DNA of 60,663 nucleotides, filler included. It is 3 parts of 3 records of this genome, joined end to end, with 100 filler letters (N's around TTAATTAATTAA, not from the genome) between each part and the next. Parts side by side here need not be neighbours in the genome. Positions count along the whole stretch, not along the records: positions 19,170 to 30,053 come from SRR2962707_2441; positions 30,154 to 60,663 come from SRR2962707_2447; 1 more part is not named here. The stretch is one strand, 5' to 3'. Below are positions 21,060-30,154 of the stretch, piece after piece. Numbering within the stretch: the first letter of the stretch is position 1; the number at the start of each line of letters is the position of its first letter. The notes under the pieces were generated by a model that saw nothing but the letters and a program-made list of their open reading frames with translations, searched no databases and had not been told where the DNA came from. Made by a program: the position numbers and the translations under genes.

Positions 21060-21353
21060 ATGAACCGCAACATCGCCTCAGTTGCTCTCGCCGCATCGCT
21101 GGCCGCAGCCCTCGGAACTGCCGCTTCGGCCCCGGCCATCGCCCAGGACAGCATGGAAAAATGCTACGGCGTCTCGCTCGCCGGCCAGAACGATTGCGCG
21201 GCAGGCCCGGGCACCACTTGTGCCGGCACCTCCACTGTCGACTATCAGGGCAACGCATGGACCCTGGTTCCCGCCGGCACCTGCGACAGCATGGAATTGC
21301 CCGGCGACCGCATGGGCAGCCTCGACGCGCTTGAGCGCGACATTCCGGCCTGA
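21060..21353 (+). CDS. bufA: DUF2282 bufferin-type metallophore precursor (BufA1 family)
   Basis: Sec signal, then EKCYG-x-GQNDCA-x-TTCAG-x-W..VPAGTC four-Cys pattern. Confidence 0.9.
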   Translation: MNRNIASVALAASLAAALGTAASAPAIAQDSMEKCYGVSLAGQNDCAAGPGTTCAGTSTVDYQGNAWTLVPAGTCDSMELPGDRMGSLDALERDIPA

Positions 21354-21415
21354 TCGGATTCAGTGATCGGGGCGCGGGATAGCTCGCGCTCCGTTCTCAA
21401 AAAACGCGGGAGGCC

Positions 21416-22285
21416 ATGATGAGCCGTTACAACACCCTTCCCGGACATGCCGGTGTGGGTCTAAAGCCTGAGCATTACAGAGAAATTCTCGAAGCCCGGC
21501 CACAGCTCGGCTTCTTCGAAATCCACGCCGAGAACTATATGGGGGCCGGTGGCCCGCCGCATCGATACCTTGCCGCCATTGCCGAGACCTATCAGCTTTC
21601 CCTGCACGGCGTAGGGCTGTCGATCGGTGGAGAGGGCGATCTCGACCGCGCCCATCTGACGCGCCTCAAGCACCTCATCGAAACCTACAGGCCCGCCTCC
21701 TTTTCCGAGCATCTCGCGTGGTCGACCCATGAGAGCGCCTATCTCAACGACCTGCTGCCCCTGCCCTATACGCCCGAAACCCTCGCGCGGGTCTGCCGGC
21801 ACGTAGATGAGGTCCAGCAGACCCTCGGCGTTCCCATGCTGCTCGAAAACCCCTCGACCTACCTCCTGTTCGAAGAAAGCACTATCGACGAGGTCGACTT
21901 TCTTGCCACCATTGCCGAGCGCACCGGCTGCGGGCTGTTGCTCGACGTCAACAATGTCATGGTCTCGTCAGTCAACCATGGATGGAACCCGAAAGACTAT
22001 GTCGACCGGTTCCCCGTCGAGTTTGTTGGCGAGATTCATCTTGCCGGTTACGACGAAACCCAGGACAGCGAGGGCGCGCGCCTTCTGATCGATGCCCACG
22101 GATCGGCAGTTCGGCCCGATGTGTTCGATCTCTATGTCCATACACTCACGCGTACCGGTCCGATTGCGACATTGGTCGAGTGGGACAATGACGTGCCCGA
22201 TTTTGCAACCTTGATGAACGAAGCCCGAATGGCCCAGGGCGCGCTCGACAAGGCGCGCGCCAGCATCCCGGATGCTGCGCAATGA
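21416..22285 (+). CDS. bufB: DUF692 multinuclear non-heme iron oxidative enzyme (MNIO, BufB-type)
   Basis: [49 protein letters not shown]. Confidence 0.94.
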   Translation: MMSRYNTLPGHAGVGLKPEHYREILEARPQLGFFEIHAENYMGAGGPPHRYLAAIAETYQLSLHGVGLSIGGEGDLDRAHLTRLKHLIETYRPASFSEHLAWSTHESAYLNDLLPLPYTPETLARVCRHVDEVQQTLGVPMLLENPSTYLLFEESTIDEVDFLATIAERTGCGLLLDVNNVMVSSVNHGWNPKDYVDRFPVEFVGEIHLAGYDETQDSEGARLLIDAHGSAVRPDVFDLYVHTLTRTGPIATLVEWDNDVPDFATLMNEARMAQGALDKARASIPDAAQ

Positions 22286-23037
22286 GCACGCTGCCCCAGT
22301 TTGCCCAGGCGGTTCAGGATCCCGATCTCGCGCTCCCTCTGGGCCTCACCAGTAGCGGCGGCCGCAACGATCCTCTGCGGTTTGCCGTCTACCGCAACAA
22401 CGTCCACGTCAGCCTCGTCGCCGCACTGGCAAAAGGCTTTCCAGTGGTGGGCAAGCTTGTCGGTGAAGAGTTCTTTGGCGCCATGGCCCGCATCTATGTT
22501 GGCCAGACAAAGCCGTCTTCGCCGCTGCTGTTCACATATGGCGCTGATTTCCCTGCCTTCATTGCCGGCTTCCCCCCGGCTGCATCGCTGCCCTATCTTC
22601 CCGATATCGCACGGCTGGAATATGTTTGGACCCAAGCTTACCACGCAGCGGACGATCCCGTGCTGACCATCGAAGCTCTGCGTGGCCTCGCCTCAGACGA
22701 CCTGCTCGAAAGCCATCTGGAACCGCATCCAGCCGCGGCGCTTGTCGCCTCGCACTTCCCCATCGGATCCATCTGGCAAGCGCATCAACACACCCAGCCC
22801 GCCAAAGTGACATCAAACGTCCCGGAGACCATATTGATGACCCGTCCTGCCCTGGATGTCATCGTGACCGTCGTTCCGGCCAGGGACGCCGTTTTCGCCC
22901 GTTCATTACTTGCCGGGGACAGCGTCGGCGAATCAGCCGCCGCATCGGCCACGACGCCCGGCTTTGACCTGGGAGCCGCCTTGGTCGGGTTGGTTTCGCT
23001 CGGTGCCTTTACGCAGCTCCAGGGAGCACCCCAATGA
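22282..23037 (+). CDS. bufC: DUF2063 MNIO partner protein (BufC/HvfC-type)
   Basis: [43 protein letters not shown] overlap with bufB. Confidence 0.9.
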   Translation: MSTLPQFAQAVQDPDLALPLGLTSSGGRNDPLRFAVYRNNVHVSLVAALAKGFPVVGKLVGEEFFGAMARIYVGQTKPSSPLLFTYGADFPAFIAGFPPAASLPYLPDIARLEYVWTQAYHAADDPVLTIEALRGLASDDLLESHLEPHPAAALVASHFPIGSIWQAHQHTQPAKVTSNVPETILMTRPALDVIVTVVPARDAVFARSLLAGDSVGESAAASATTPGFDLGAALVGLVSLGAFTQLQGAPQ

Positions 23038-23513
23038 CCCTACGTGCCATAGCAGCGAGAGGCGAAGCCCTCATCGCCAGCGTTCCCATAATGTTGGTCC
23101 TTCTGGTCTTGCGTATCGCGCTGGCCGTACCGTTCTTTCGATCCGGCCTGACCAAATGGGACGCGCCGTTCGTCCTCGCACCGAGCCAGTTTTTTCTGTT
23201 TGGGCAGGAGTTTCGCCTCCACATCCTGGGAAATGCCTTCCCCTATCCTTTTCCCACCATTGCCGCCTATCTTGCCGCAACGGGAGAAATCGTCCTCCCC
23301 ATTCTGCTCGTCCTCGGCCTCGGAACACGCTTTGCCGCTCTGGGCATCTTGGTGATGACAGCGGTGATCCAACTGACGGTGCCTGAAGGCTGGGCGAACT
23401 TCCATCTGCCTTGGGCCGCCATGGCCCTTGCCTTGATGGCGTACGGCGGCGGACGCTTCAGCGCCGATGGTTGGCTCGCGGGAAACCCTGATTTAGCCGG
23501 CGCCCATCGCTGA
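23034..23513 (+). CDS. DoxX family membrane protein (BufD-type)
   Basis: LRIALAVPFFRSGLTKW, GEIVLPILLVLGLGTRFAAL, GGGRFSAD; ATGA overlap with bufC. Confidence 0.9.
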   Translation: MTLRAIAARGEALIASVPIMLVLLVLRIALAVPFFRSGLTKWDAPFVLAPSQFFLFGQEFRLHILGNAFPYPFPTIAAYLAATGEIVLPILLVLGLGTRFAALGILVMTAVIQLTVPEGWANFHLPWAAMALALMAYGGGRFSADGWLAGNPDLAGAHR

Positions 23514-23610
23514 TCGCGCGCCGCAACACGAATAATGACTGCTATAACATATTTTATATGATATTTCTGATTTACCCGGATGGACTCTTGCTGACGACAT
23601 GGTAGCTTCA

Positions 23611-23636
23611 CAATGTACGTACCAGTTCGTACATTG
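23611..23636. promoter_or_regulatory. Palindromic operator upstream of the carboxylesterase
   Basis: CAATGTACG-N8-CGTACATTG perfect 9-bp inverted repeat immediately 5' of the GAGGAGGA RBS. Confidence 0.6.
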
Positions 23637-23651
23637 ATGAGGAGGATATCC

Positions 23652-25244
23652 ATGTTTCGGTTGAGCATGATCGCGGCGACCGCTTTGGCGGCGTCTTTGG
23701 CGTTTGCCGTTAGCGTCCAGGCCCAGATCGTCAAAACGCCAATCCCCGGTGACCCTGTAGAAACCAGTTCCGGTCACGTCGCGGGCAAAGTTTTGGATTC
23801 GGGCGTAAGGGCTTATTTCGGCGTACCTTTTGCAGAGCCGCCCCTGCGCGAATTGCGCTGGCAGCCACCCCAACCACGTGCCGAATGGGAGGGTATCTAC
23901 AACACTGACCGTTTCGCTCCCGAATGTATGCAGACGCTCCGCAACAGCAACATCAATCACTATTTCGGCGAAGAGTCGCTCTCCGAAGACTGCCTTTACC
24001 TCAACATTTGGGCACCCGAAGACGCTGAGCCAGGAGCTGACCTTCCGGTGGTGGTCTGGATTTACGGTGGCGGATTCAATGTCGGCTCGACCAACATGGC
24101 CAATTATTCCGGCGAACAGCTCGCCCAGCGCGGCGTCGTTTATGTCGCTCTCTCTTACCGCCTCGGTGCCATGGGCTTTATGGCCCACCCCGAACTGGCC
24201 GCCGAAAGCGATACCGGAACCTCGGGTAATTACGGCCTGATGGATCAGGCGTTCGGGCTGCAATGGGTTCAGGACAACATTGAAGCCTTCGGCGGCGATG
24301 CCGGCAACGTCACGATTGTCGGCCAGTCCGCAGGCTCGATGTCTCTCAGCGCACTTCAGGTAAGCCCACTGGCCGATGGCCTGTTTCACAAGATATTTGG
24401 CATGTCGGGCAGCCTGATCAATGCGTTCGCCTCCCCCTATGAGCAGGTCGAGTCCGCTGGCTTGCGTGCCCAGGAACAGCTCGGCGCTGCCGATATCGAA
24501 GAGATGCGCGCCGTCTCTGCCGACAGATTTCTCGACCTCGAGGGCGTCCGTTTCGGCATCGGCATCGATGGCCACGTGCTACCCGAACCGGGGTGGACCG
24601 CCTTCCAAAGCGGCAACTTCGCCGACGTACCCATGGTCATCGGCTATACTAAAGATGAAACCTTCAACGGTCTCGCGGGCGCTCAGAACGCCGATGAGCT
24701 GCGCACCAGGGCTCAGGATATGTTCGGCGAAGACACCGATGACATTCTCGCGTTCTACGATCTGCAAGCCGCAGATTTCCGCCGCACTGCGGTCGATATC
24801 TCCCGCGACATGTCCATGGCGAGCGCCGTCCGCGATTGGGCCATCGCCCAGACCACTTACGGCGACAGCCCGGTCTACGCTTATATCTACAGCCGCACCC
24901 AACCCTATACCGAGGGCGTGACCTTCGCGGATCACAATCCGGCAACGGTTGGCGCCTATCACACCGTCGAGGTACCCTATTTCCTCGACACACTCGATAG
25001 CCTCAACATGTTCCGCGAAACCCGGACATGGACCGACGCCGATCTCGAACTGCGCGACCGGTCGGCCGGCGCTCTGGTCGCCTTTGCCCAGACAGGCGAC
25101 CCCAATGTGGATGGTCTCGATTGGCCCGTCTACGAACTCGACGACGAACGCTTGGTGGAATTCGATATAGACACCGTCGACACAATCGAGTGGCCCAACC
25201 ACGAGGCCATGCAGATCGTCCACGAACAGCGCATAAACCAGTAG
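23652..25244 (+). CDS. Exported type-B carboxylesterase
   Basis: GVPFA.PP...LRW, SEDCLYLNIW, YGGGF, GNYGLMDQ, nucleophile GQSAG, AYHTVE. Confidence 0.94.
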   Translation: MFRLSMIAATALAASLAFAVSVQAQIVKTPIPGDPVETSSGHVAGKVLDSGVRAYFGVPFAEPPLRELRWQPPQPRAEWEGIYNTDRFAPECMQTLRNSNINHYFGEESLSEDCLYLNIWAPEDAEPGADLPVVVWIYGGGFNVGSTNMANYSGEQLAQRGVVYVALSYRLGAMGFMAHPELAAESDTGTSGNYGLMDQAFGLQWVQDNIEAFGGDAGNVTIVGQSAGSMSLSALQVSPLADGLFHKIFGMSGSLINAFASPYEQVESAGLRAQEQLGAADIEEMRAVSADRFLDLEGVRFGIGIDGHVLPEPGWTAFQSGNFADVPMVIGYTKDETFNGLAGAQNADELRTRAQDMFGEDTDDILAFYDLQAADFRRTAVDISRDMSMASAVRDWAIAQTTYGDSPVYAYIYSRTQPYTEGVTFADHNPATVGAYHTVEVPYFLDTLDSLNMFRETRTWTDADLELRDRSAGALVAFAQTGDPNVDGLDWPVYELDDERLVEFDIDTVDTIEWPNHEAMQIVHEQRINQ

Positions 25245-25286
25245 TAGCCTGGTCCGGCCCTGCGTTTTCGAGCGGGGCCGGCTCTC

Positions 25287-26795
25287 TCAAGCGCCCATCG
25301 CGGCAAAGAACCCTTCAGGGTCATCCGCCTCGATAAGCTTGCCCTTTTCGATCACCAGAAACCGATTGCTCACTTCGCGCACGAAGGCGCGGTCGTGCGA
25401 CACCAGCACGCAACTGGCATCGTGTTCGATGATTTCGGCAGCCAGCGCCTCCTGCCCGGCGATATCGATGTGGTTGGTCGGCTCGTCCAGAAGGTAGAAA
25501 TTGGGCTCCATCAGACGCAGCGCCAGCAGCCCGAGCCGCGCTCTTTGGCCGTGCGAGAGGCGTGAACCTGGTGTCCAGTGGGCGTCAGGATCTATTCCCG
25601 CAGCGGCCAGCAGGCTCCGCGTGCGCTGATCGCCCTGCCCCAGCGCCGATATGAAATCGAACGGGCTCTGTTTCTCCGGCACGAAATCAAGCGCTTGGTC
25701 CATATATCCAACCACGAGACTCGGCGTCGCCTTGATGCCCTCGATAGTCTCGCCTGCCATCAGAACGCGCCGCAGTATCCTCACAAGACTGGTCTTTCCC
25801 GTCCCGTTGCGGCCAAGAAGAACAATTCTATCGCCTTGAAAGATATGCAGCTTTGGGACCGAGAACAGCTTTCGCCCGTCGGGCGCCGCCACCGTCAGCC
25901 CCTCGATGGAAACCAGAACCTTTGCATGTGTGCCACGGTTGGCCAGCCGGATATCCCCGCTGCGCTCCTTGTGCAAAATCTTGGCCCTAGCCTCGATTTT
26001 CTCGGCCCGGTCGCGAAGCTGTTTTTGCTTCTTCTGCAAAAGGTCGCTGCCCGAATTGATGCCGATGTTTTTCAGTTTCGCCGACTGCTGGCGAAGCTGA
26101 CTCGCCTCTTTCAGGTCGCGCTCGCGTTTCACCGCGTCACTCGCATCCTCCTGCACCAGCGCGTCTCGTGCCCGGCTGTAGGGTAAGGGAAAATATCGGG
26201 AGGTCTCGGGCCGCAAAAACAGAGTGCGGTTGGTCACCGCATCGAGAAAACTCCGGTCATGGCTCGCCATGATGACCGGCACATCGCCGATCCCCGCAAA
26301 CCATTGTTCCAACAGCGCAATCTTCTCCAGATCGAGATGGTTCGTTGGCTCGTCGAGCACCAGAATATCCGGATCGGACACCCAGGCCCGCATCAGAAGC
26401 ATCAGCCGCTGCCAACCCCCGCTCAGCGCCCGCACCGGCAAATTGCGGATATCCTCGGGCGTGGAAAGCGTATCGAGCACCACATCGACTCGCCAGCTTT
26501 CGCTCTCCAGCGTCTCGGCATCGAGCCCGGTCGCAACCGCATCGAACAGGCTGAGATCAAACAGCTTTTCCGGCACGACCTGCGGCACCATTCCGATCCG
26601 TGCGCCACGCGAAAGCGTAATGTCGCCGCGCGTGAACTCGTTCTCACCGGTCAGGCATGTGAGCAGCGTTGTTTTGCCGGCACCATTGCCGGCCACGATC
26701 CCCACCCGGTCGCCAGAGCCGATGGTGAGGGTCAAATCATTGAAAAGATTGGTTTTCGCTGTATAGCCAGCGGATTTAAGGGCAATCGTCGTCAT
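25287..26795 (-). CDS. ABC-F family ATPase (two nucleotide-binding domains, no TM domain)
   Basis: GNGAGKTT/LSGGW/LDEPTNHLD and GRNGTGKTS/LSHGQ/LDEPTNHID joined by a helical linker. Confidence 0.93.
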   Translation of the reverse strand: MTTIALKSAGYTAKTNLFNDLTLTIGSGDRVGIVAGNGAGKTTLLTCLTGENEFTRGDITLSRGARIGMVPQVVPEKLFDLSLFDAVATGLDAETLESESWRVDVVLDTLSTPEDIRNLPVRALSGGWQRLMLLMRAWVSDPDILVLDEPTNHLDLEKIALLEQWFAGIGDVPVIMASHDRSFLDAVTNRTLFLRPETSRYFPLPYSRARDALVQEDASDAVKRERDLKEASQLRQQSAKLKNIGINSGSDLLQKKQKQLRDRAEKIEARAKILHKERSGDIRLANRGTHAKVLVSIEGLTVAAPDGRKLFSVPKLHIFQGDRIVLLGRNGTGKTSLVRILRRVLMAGETIEGIKATPSLVVGYMDQALDFVPEKQSPFDFISALGQGDQRTRSLLAAAGIDPDAHWTPGSRLSHGQRARLGLLALRLMEPNFYLLDEPTNHIDIAGQEALAAEIIEHDASCVLVSHDRAFVREVSNRFLVIEKGKLIEADDPEGFFAAMGA

Positions 26796-26915
26796 TTCAG
26801 TCTCGAATATCCGGGACAGCCTGAAGCCACCCATTTCTGCCAGACCGCATGATGTTATGCGGTCACGATCAGGGCAGAGCCGTGCGGAATTCGATTACGA
26901 AATGTCCGGTGACGG

Positions 26916-26987
26916 TCAGCCCTGCAACATCTGCTGCAGGGCGTAGACAGGGCCACGCTGACGATGGTGACGCCATTGTTCTATCAC
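26916..26987 (-). CDS. Putative leader peptide of the ABC-F gene (23 aa)
   Basis: AAAGGAGG-N5-GTG; MIEQWRHHRQRGPVYALQQMLQG; hairpins overlap its 3' end and follow it. Confidence 0.6.
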   Translation of the reverse strand: MIEQWRHHRQRGPVYALQQMLQG

Positions 26988-27052
26988 GCAGCCCTCCTTT
27001 AGATTCCAGATACACCTAAACTATGCACCAGCCCAACGGGCATACGCAAGGT

Positions 27053-27973
27053 TCAGTTCGCCGTGCGCGGCGCGTATTTTTCCGCCAGCATCATCGCCGC
27101 TTTCCGGTCGATATCGGCGTATTGCAACACGCTGTCGGTCAGATACCCCTGGGCTTCCATCTGCACGCCATGCGCCTCGATGATTGCCCGTGCGTGGATC
27201 GGCTTGAGCGTTTCCCGATAGTCCCGCTTGTCGGCGTTTTTTCCGCTCGCCTTGTGCGTCTCGGCCAATAGGCCCGCAGCCGTCTTCAGGCTCTTCTCGG
27301 TCACTGGAATCTTCATATGCGCCGCGAGCGCCTTGAGTTCCTTGATCGGATCGGATCGCAGATCCTCGAACCGTATGGCATGCACTTCGGGTTGCCGCTT
27401 GCCAATCCAGCTCGCCACGTTCTGGCTCCACGATCCCTGCGGTTCCGATACGCGGGTTACGCCGCCCCGCACCCGCCGGTCGACGGTCATCATCGCCTCG
27501 ATGACCGGCATGGGCTGCATGCCGGTCGCATCGACAAGCGCAGCGGCAACATCGAGCGGAGAGCGCACGATATAGGTCCCGCCAATCGAAACCTTTGTGT
27601 TGAAGGTCGGATGCCCGAAGAACGTGCCACGCACAGCATGCGTCCGCACCACCGGCAAGCCCCGCGTATCGCGTGACAGCAGCTCGTGGACCTGCGGCCG
27701 CGCCGCCGCAACTTCCTCTTCCGCAAGGCTGCTGGCGTCCTTACCGGTCACTTCCTTGTAAAAGCGGCCGTGGGAATCGAGCGGTATGATATTGTCGATA
27801 TTGCGCATATCGATCCGCTTTGGTGGATTGGTCTGGCCCAGCGCGATCATCAGGAAAATGGCCGACCGCACCCAATTACCGCCCGAACGCGGATAGGACG
27901 CTACGAAATAGAGCGGACGGATGGGTTTTGCCTGTTGGTCGGACACGCGCGGACTCCTCGGAACTGTCCGCAT
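27053..27973 (-). CDS. Sulfotransferase-domain protein (divergent)
   Basis: 5'-PSB loop VASYPRSGGNW, YIVRSPLDVA, GSWSQNVASW, IRFEDL. Confidence 0.8.
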   Translation of the reverse strand: MRTVPRSPRVSDQQAKPIRPLYFVASYPRSGGNWVRSAIFLMIALGQTNPPKRIDMRNIDNIIPLDSHGRFYKEVTGKDASSLAEEEVAAARPQVHELLSRDTRGLPVVRTHAVRGTFFGHPTFNTKVSIGGTYIVRSPLDVAAALVDATGMQPMPVIEAMMTVDRRVRGGVTRVSEPQGSWSQNVASWIGKRQPEVHAIRFEDLRSDPIKELKALAAHMKIPVTEKSLKTAAGLLAETHKASGKNADKRDYRETLKPIHARAIIEAHGVQMEAQGYLTDSVLQYADIDRKAAMMLAEKYAPRTAN

Positions 27974-28460
27974 TAGTTATCTGTCGCGCAGGTCACGCGC
28001 AACCGCGCGGCGGCATCAGGCGAGAAAAAACACGGCCGCCAGTCCCGGCAACAGGACGATTCTGGGAAGGGAAAGGTGGGCAAGCCGGTACGCAGAACTC
28101 TTCAATCCGGCCTGCAGCCACCTGAACACTTCGTGCCCTGACCCAGACACCTGATACGCAGCGTTCCGGGTAATTTGTGCACGCATACGGCAACTCCAAA
28201 CACATGAACCGTATGAACAATTTTTATCGCAAGGGGCTTAAAAAAGTGCTGATGAGAGGCAAACCGAACGTAAACCGGGCCATGATTTTGCGTCCCGGAA
28301 GTGTCCCAGGATGAGAATGCAGCGCCGGAGGAAAGTTGCGAAGGCGCAAGCTCAATCCTGTTGAAACACCTTGGAATCTGTGGTGTTTCCGCTCATATAA
28401 GCCGCCATATGATAGACCGGAATATCACTTGATTCGCCCGGCAAGAATTTTTTGAGGCCC

Positions 28461-30053
28461 ATGACCGACGACAACGATCTTTTTGGCGTCACGCCCCCCC
28501 AACCTGCCGCCGAGCCGCCCCGCCCCGCCCCGGCGCGCGCGCCAGCTCCATCAGGCTCTTATACGGCTGCAGATATCGAGGTGCTCGAAGGTCTCGAACC
28601 GGTGCGCCGCCGGCCGGGCATGTATGTGGGCGGGACCGACACCAACGCGCTGCATCATCTGTTCGCCGAAGTCATCGACAACTCGATGGACGAGGCGATC
28701 GGAGGGCACGCCACACGGATCGAAGTCCATCTCGGCGAAGACGGCTACATAACGGTGGTCGACAACGGTCGCGGCATCCCGGTCGACAACCACCCCAAAC
28801 AGCCCCATCTTTCCGCCCTCGAAGTGATCATGACGACGCTCCACGCTGGCGGAAAATTCGATTCCAAGGCCTATGAAACCTCGGGCGGCCTGCATGGCGT
28901 GGGCGTTTCAGTCGTCAACGCACTGACCGACGACCTTGTTGTCGAAGTCGCGCTCGAACAGACGCTCTACCGGCAGACCTATTCGCGCGGCAAGCCGACC
29001 TCGAAGCTCGAAAACATGGGTCGCGTCAACAACCGTCGCGGGACGACGATCCGCTTCCATCCCGACGCCGAAATTTTCGGTAACAGCGCGCGCTTCGTGC
29101 CGGATCGGGTTTTCCGCATGACTCGCGCCAAGGCCTATCTGTTTGGCGGTGTCGAAATCCGCTGGTCGTGCGACGAGTCTCTGGCCACTGACGAAGTCCC
29201 TGCCAAGGCCGTTTTCCACTTCCCCGGCGGGTTGCGCGATTTCATCGAGCGCCGCATTGAGGGCAGAACGCGCATTCTCGACGATATCTTCTCCGGCAGG
29301 ACGGGCAAGCCCGGCAGCCACGGGTCGGTCGAATGGGCGATCTCGTGGTATATCGGCGATAGCTTCACGTCCTCCTATTGTAACACTGTACCGACCCCCG
29401 ACGGCGGCACCCACGAAGCGGGCCTTCGCACCGCCCTGCTCCGCGGCCTGAAAAACTACGCCGACATGGTTGGCAACAAGCGCGCCTCGGCCATCACTTC
29501 CGAGGACGTTCTGGGCCATTGCGGATCCATGCTCTCCGTCTTTGTTCGCGAGCCCGAATTCGTCGGCCAGACCAAGGACAAGCTCGCCTCGGGCGAGGCC
29601 ACCCGTATTGTCGACAACGCCATTCGCGACGCCTTCGATCACTGGCTGACCGCCTCGCCCAATCAGGCCAACAAGCTGCTTGAATGGACCATCGAGCGCG
29701 CCGAGGACCGTCTGCGCCGCCGCAAGGAAAAGGAAATCGACAGGAAATCGGCCACCCGCAAGCTACGCCTTCCCGGCAAGCTGGCCGATTGTAGTCAGAC
29801 AGCAGCCCAGGGCGCCGAACTGTTCATCGTCGAAGGCGACAGCGCCGGCGGCAGCGCCAAGCAGGCGCGCGACCGCGCCAGCCAGGCGGTGCTGCCCCTG
29901 CGCGGCAAGGTGCTCAACGTTGCCGGCGCCAGCCGCGACAAGCTCGCGGCCAACCAGCAGATTGCCGATCTGCTGCAGGCGCTTGGCGTGGGCACACGTG
30001 ACAAATACCGGGAAGACGACCTTCGCTACGACAAGATCATCATCATGACCGAC
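28461..30053 (+). CDS. parE: DNA topoisomerase IV subunit B (3' truncated)
   Basis: YTAADIEVLEGLEPVRRRPGMY, EVIDNSMDEA, SGGLHGVG, VEGDSAGGSAKQAR, PLRGK; alphaproteobacterial ParE-type N-terminus. Confidence 0.88.
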
Positions 30054-30153
30054 NNNNNNNNNNNNNNNNNNNNNNNNNNNNNNNNNNNNNNNNNNNNTTA
30101 ATTAATTAANNNNNNNNNNNNNNNNNNNNNNNNNNNNNNNNNNNNNNNNNNNN
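30054..30153. other. Artificial contig spacer
   Basis: N44-TTAATTAATTAA-N44. Confidence 0.99.
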
Positions 30154-30154
30154 G

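Noticed and set aside
19894-25244. Serine hydrolase and carboxylesterase as bufferin tailoring enzymes
   Set aside because: The SigF promoter lies downstream of the hydrolase and the esterase has its own operator. Bufferins need only signal peptidase for maturation.
30054-30153. Second spacer, apparent parE-adhesin adjacency and the adhesin 'start' at 30230
   Set aside because: Artificial spacer. The adhesin frame is open to the contig edge, so its N-terminal retention module and LapG site cannot be seen.
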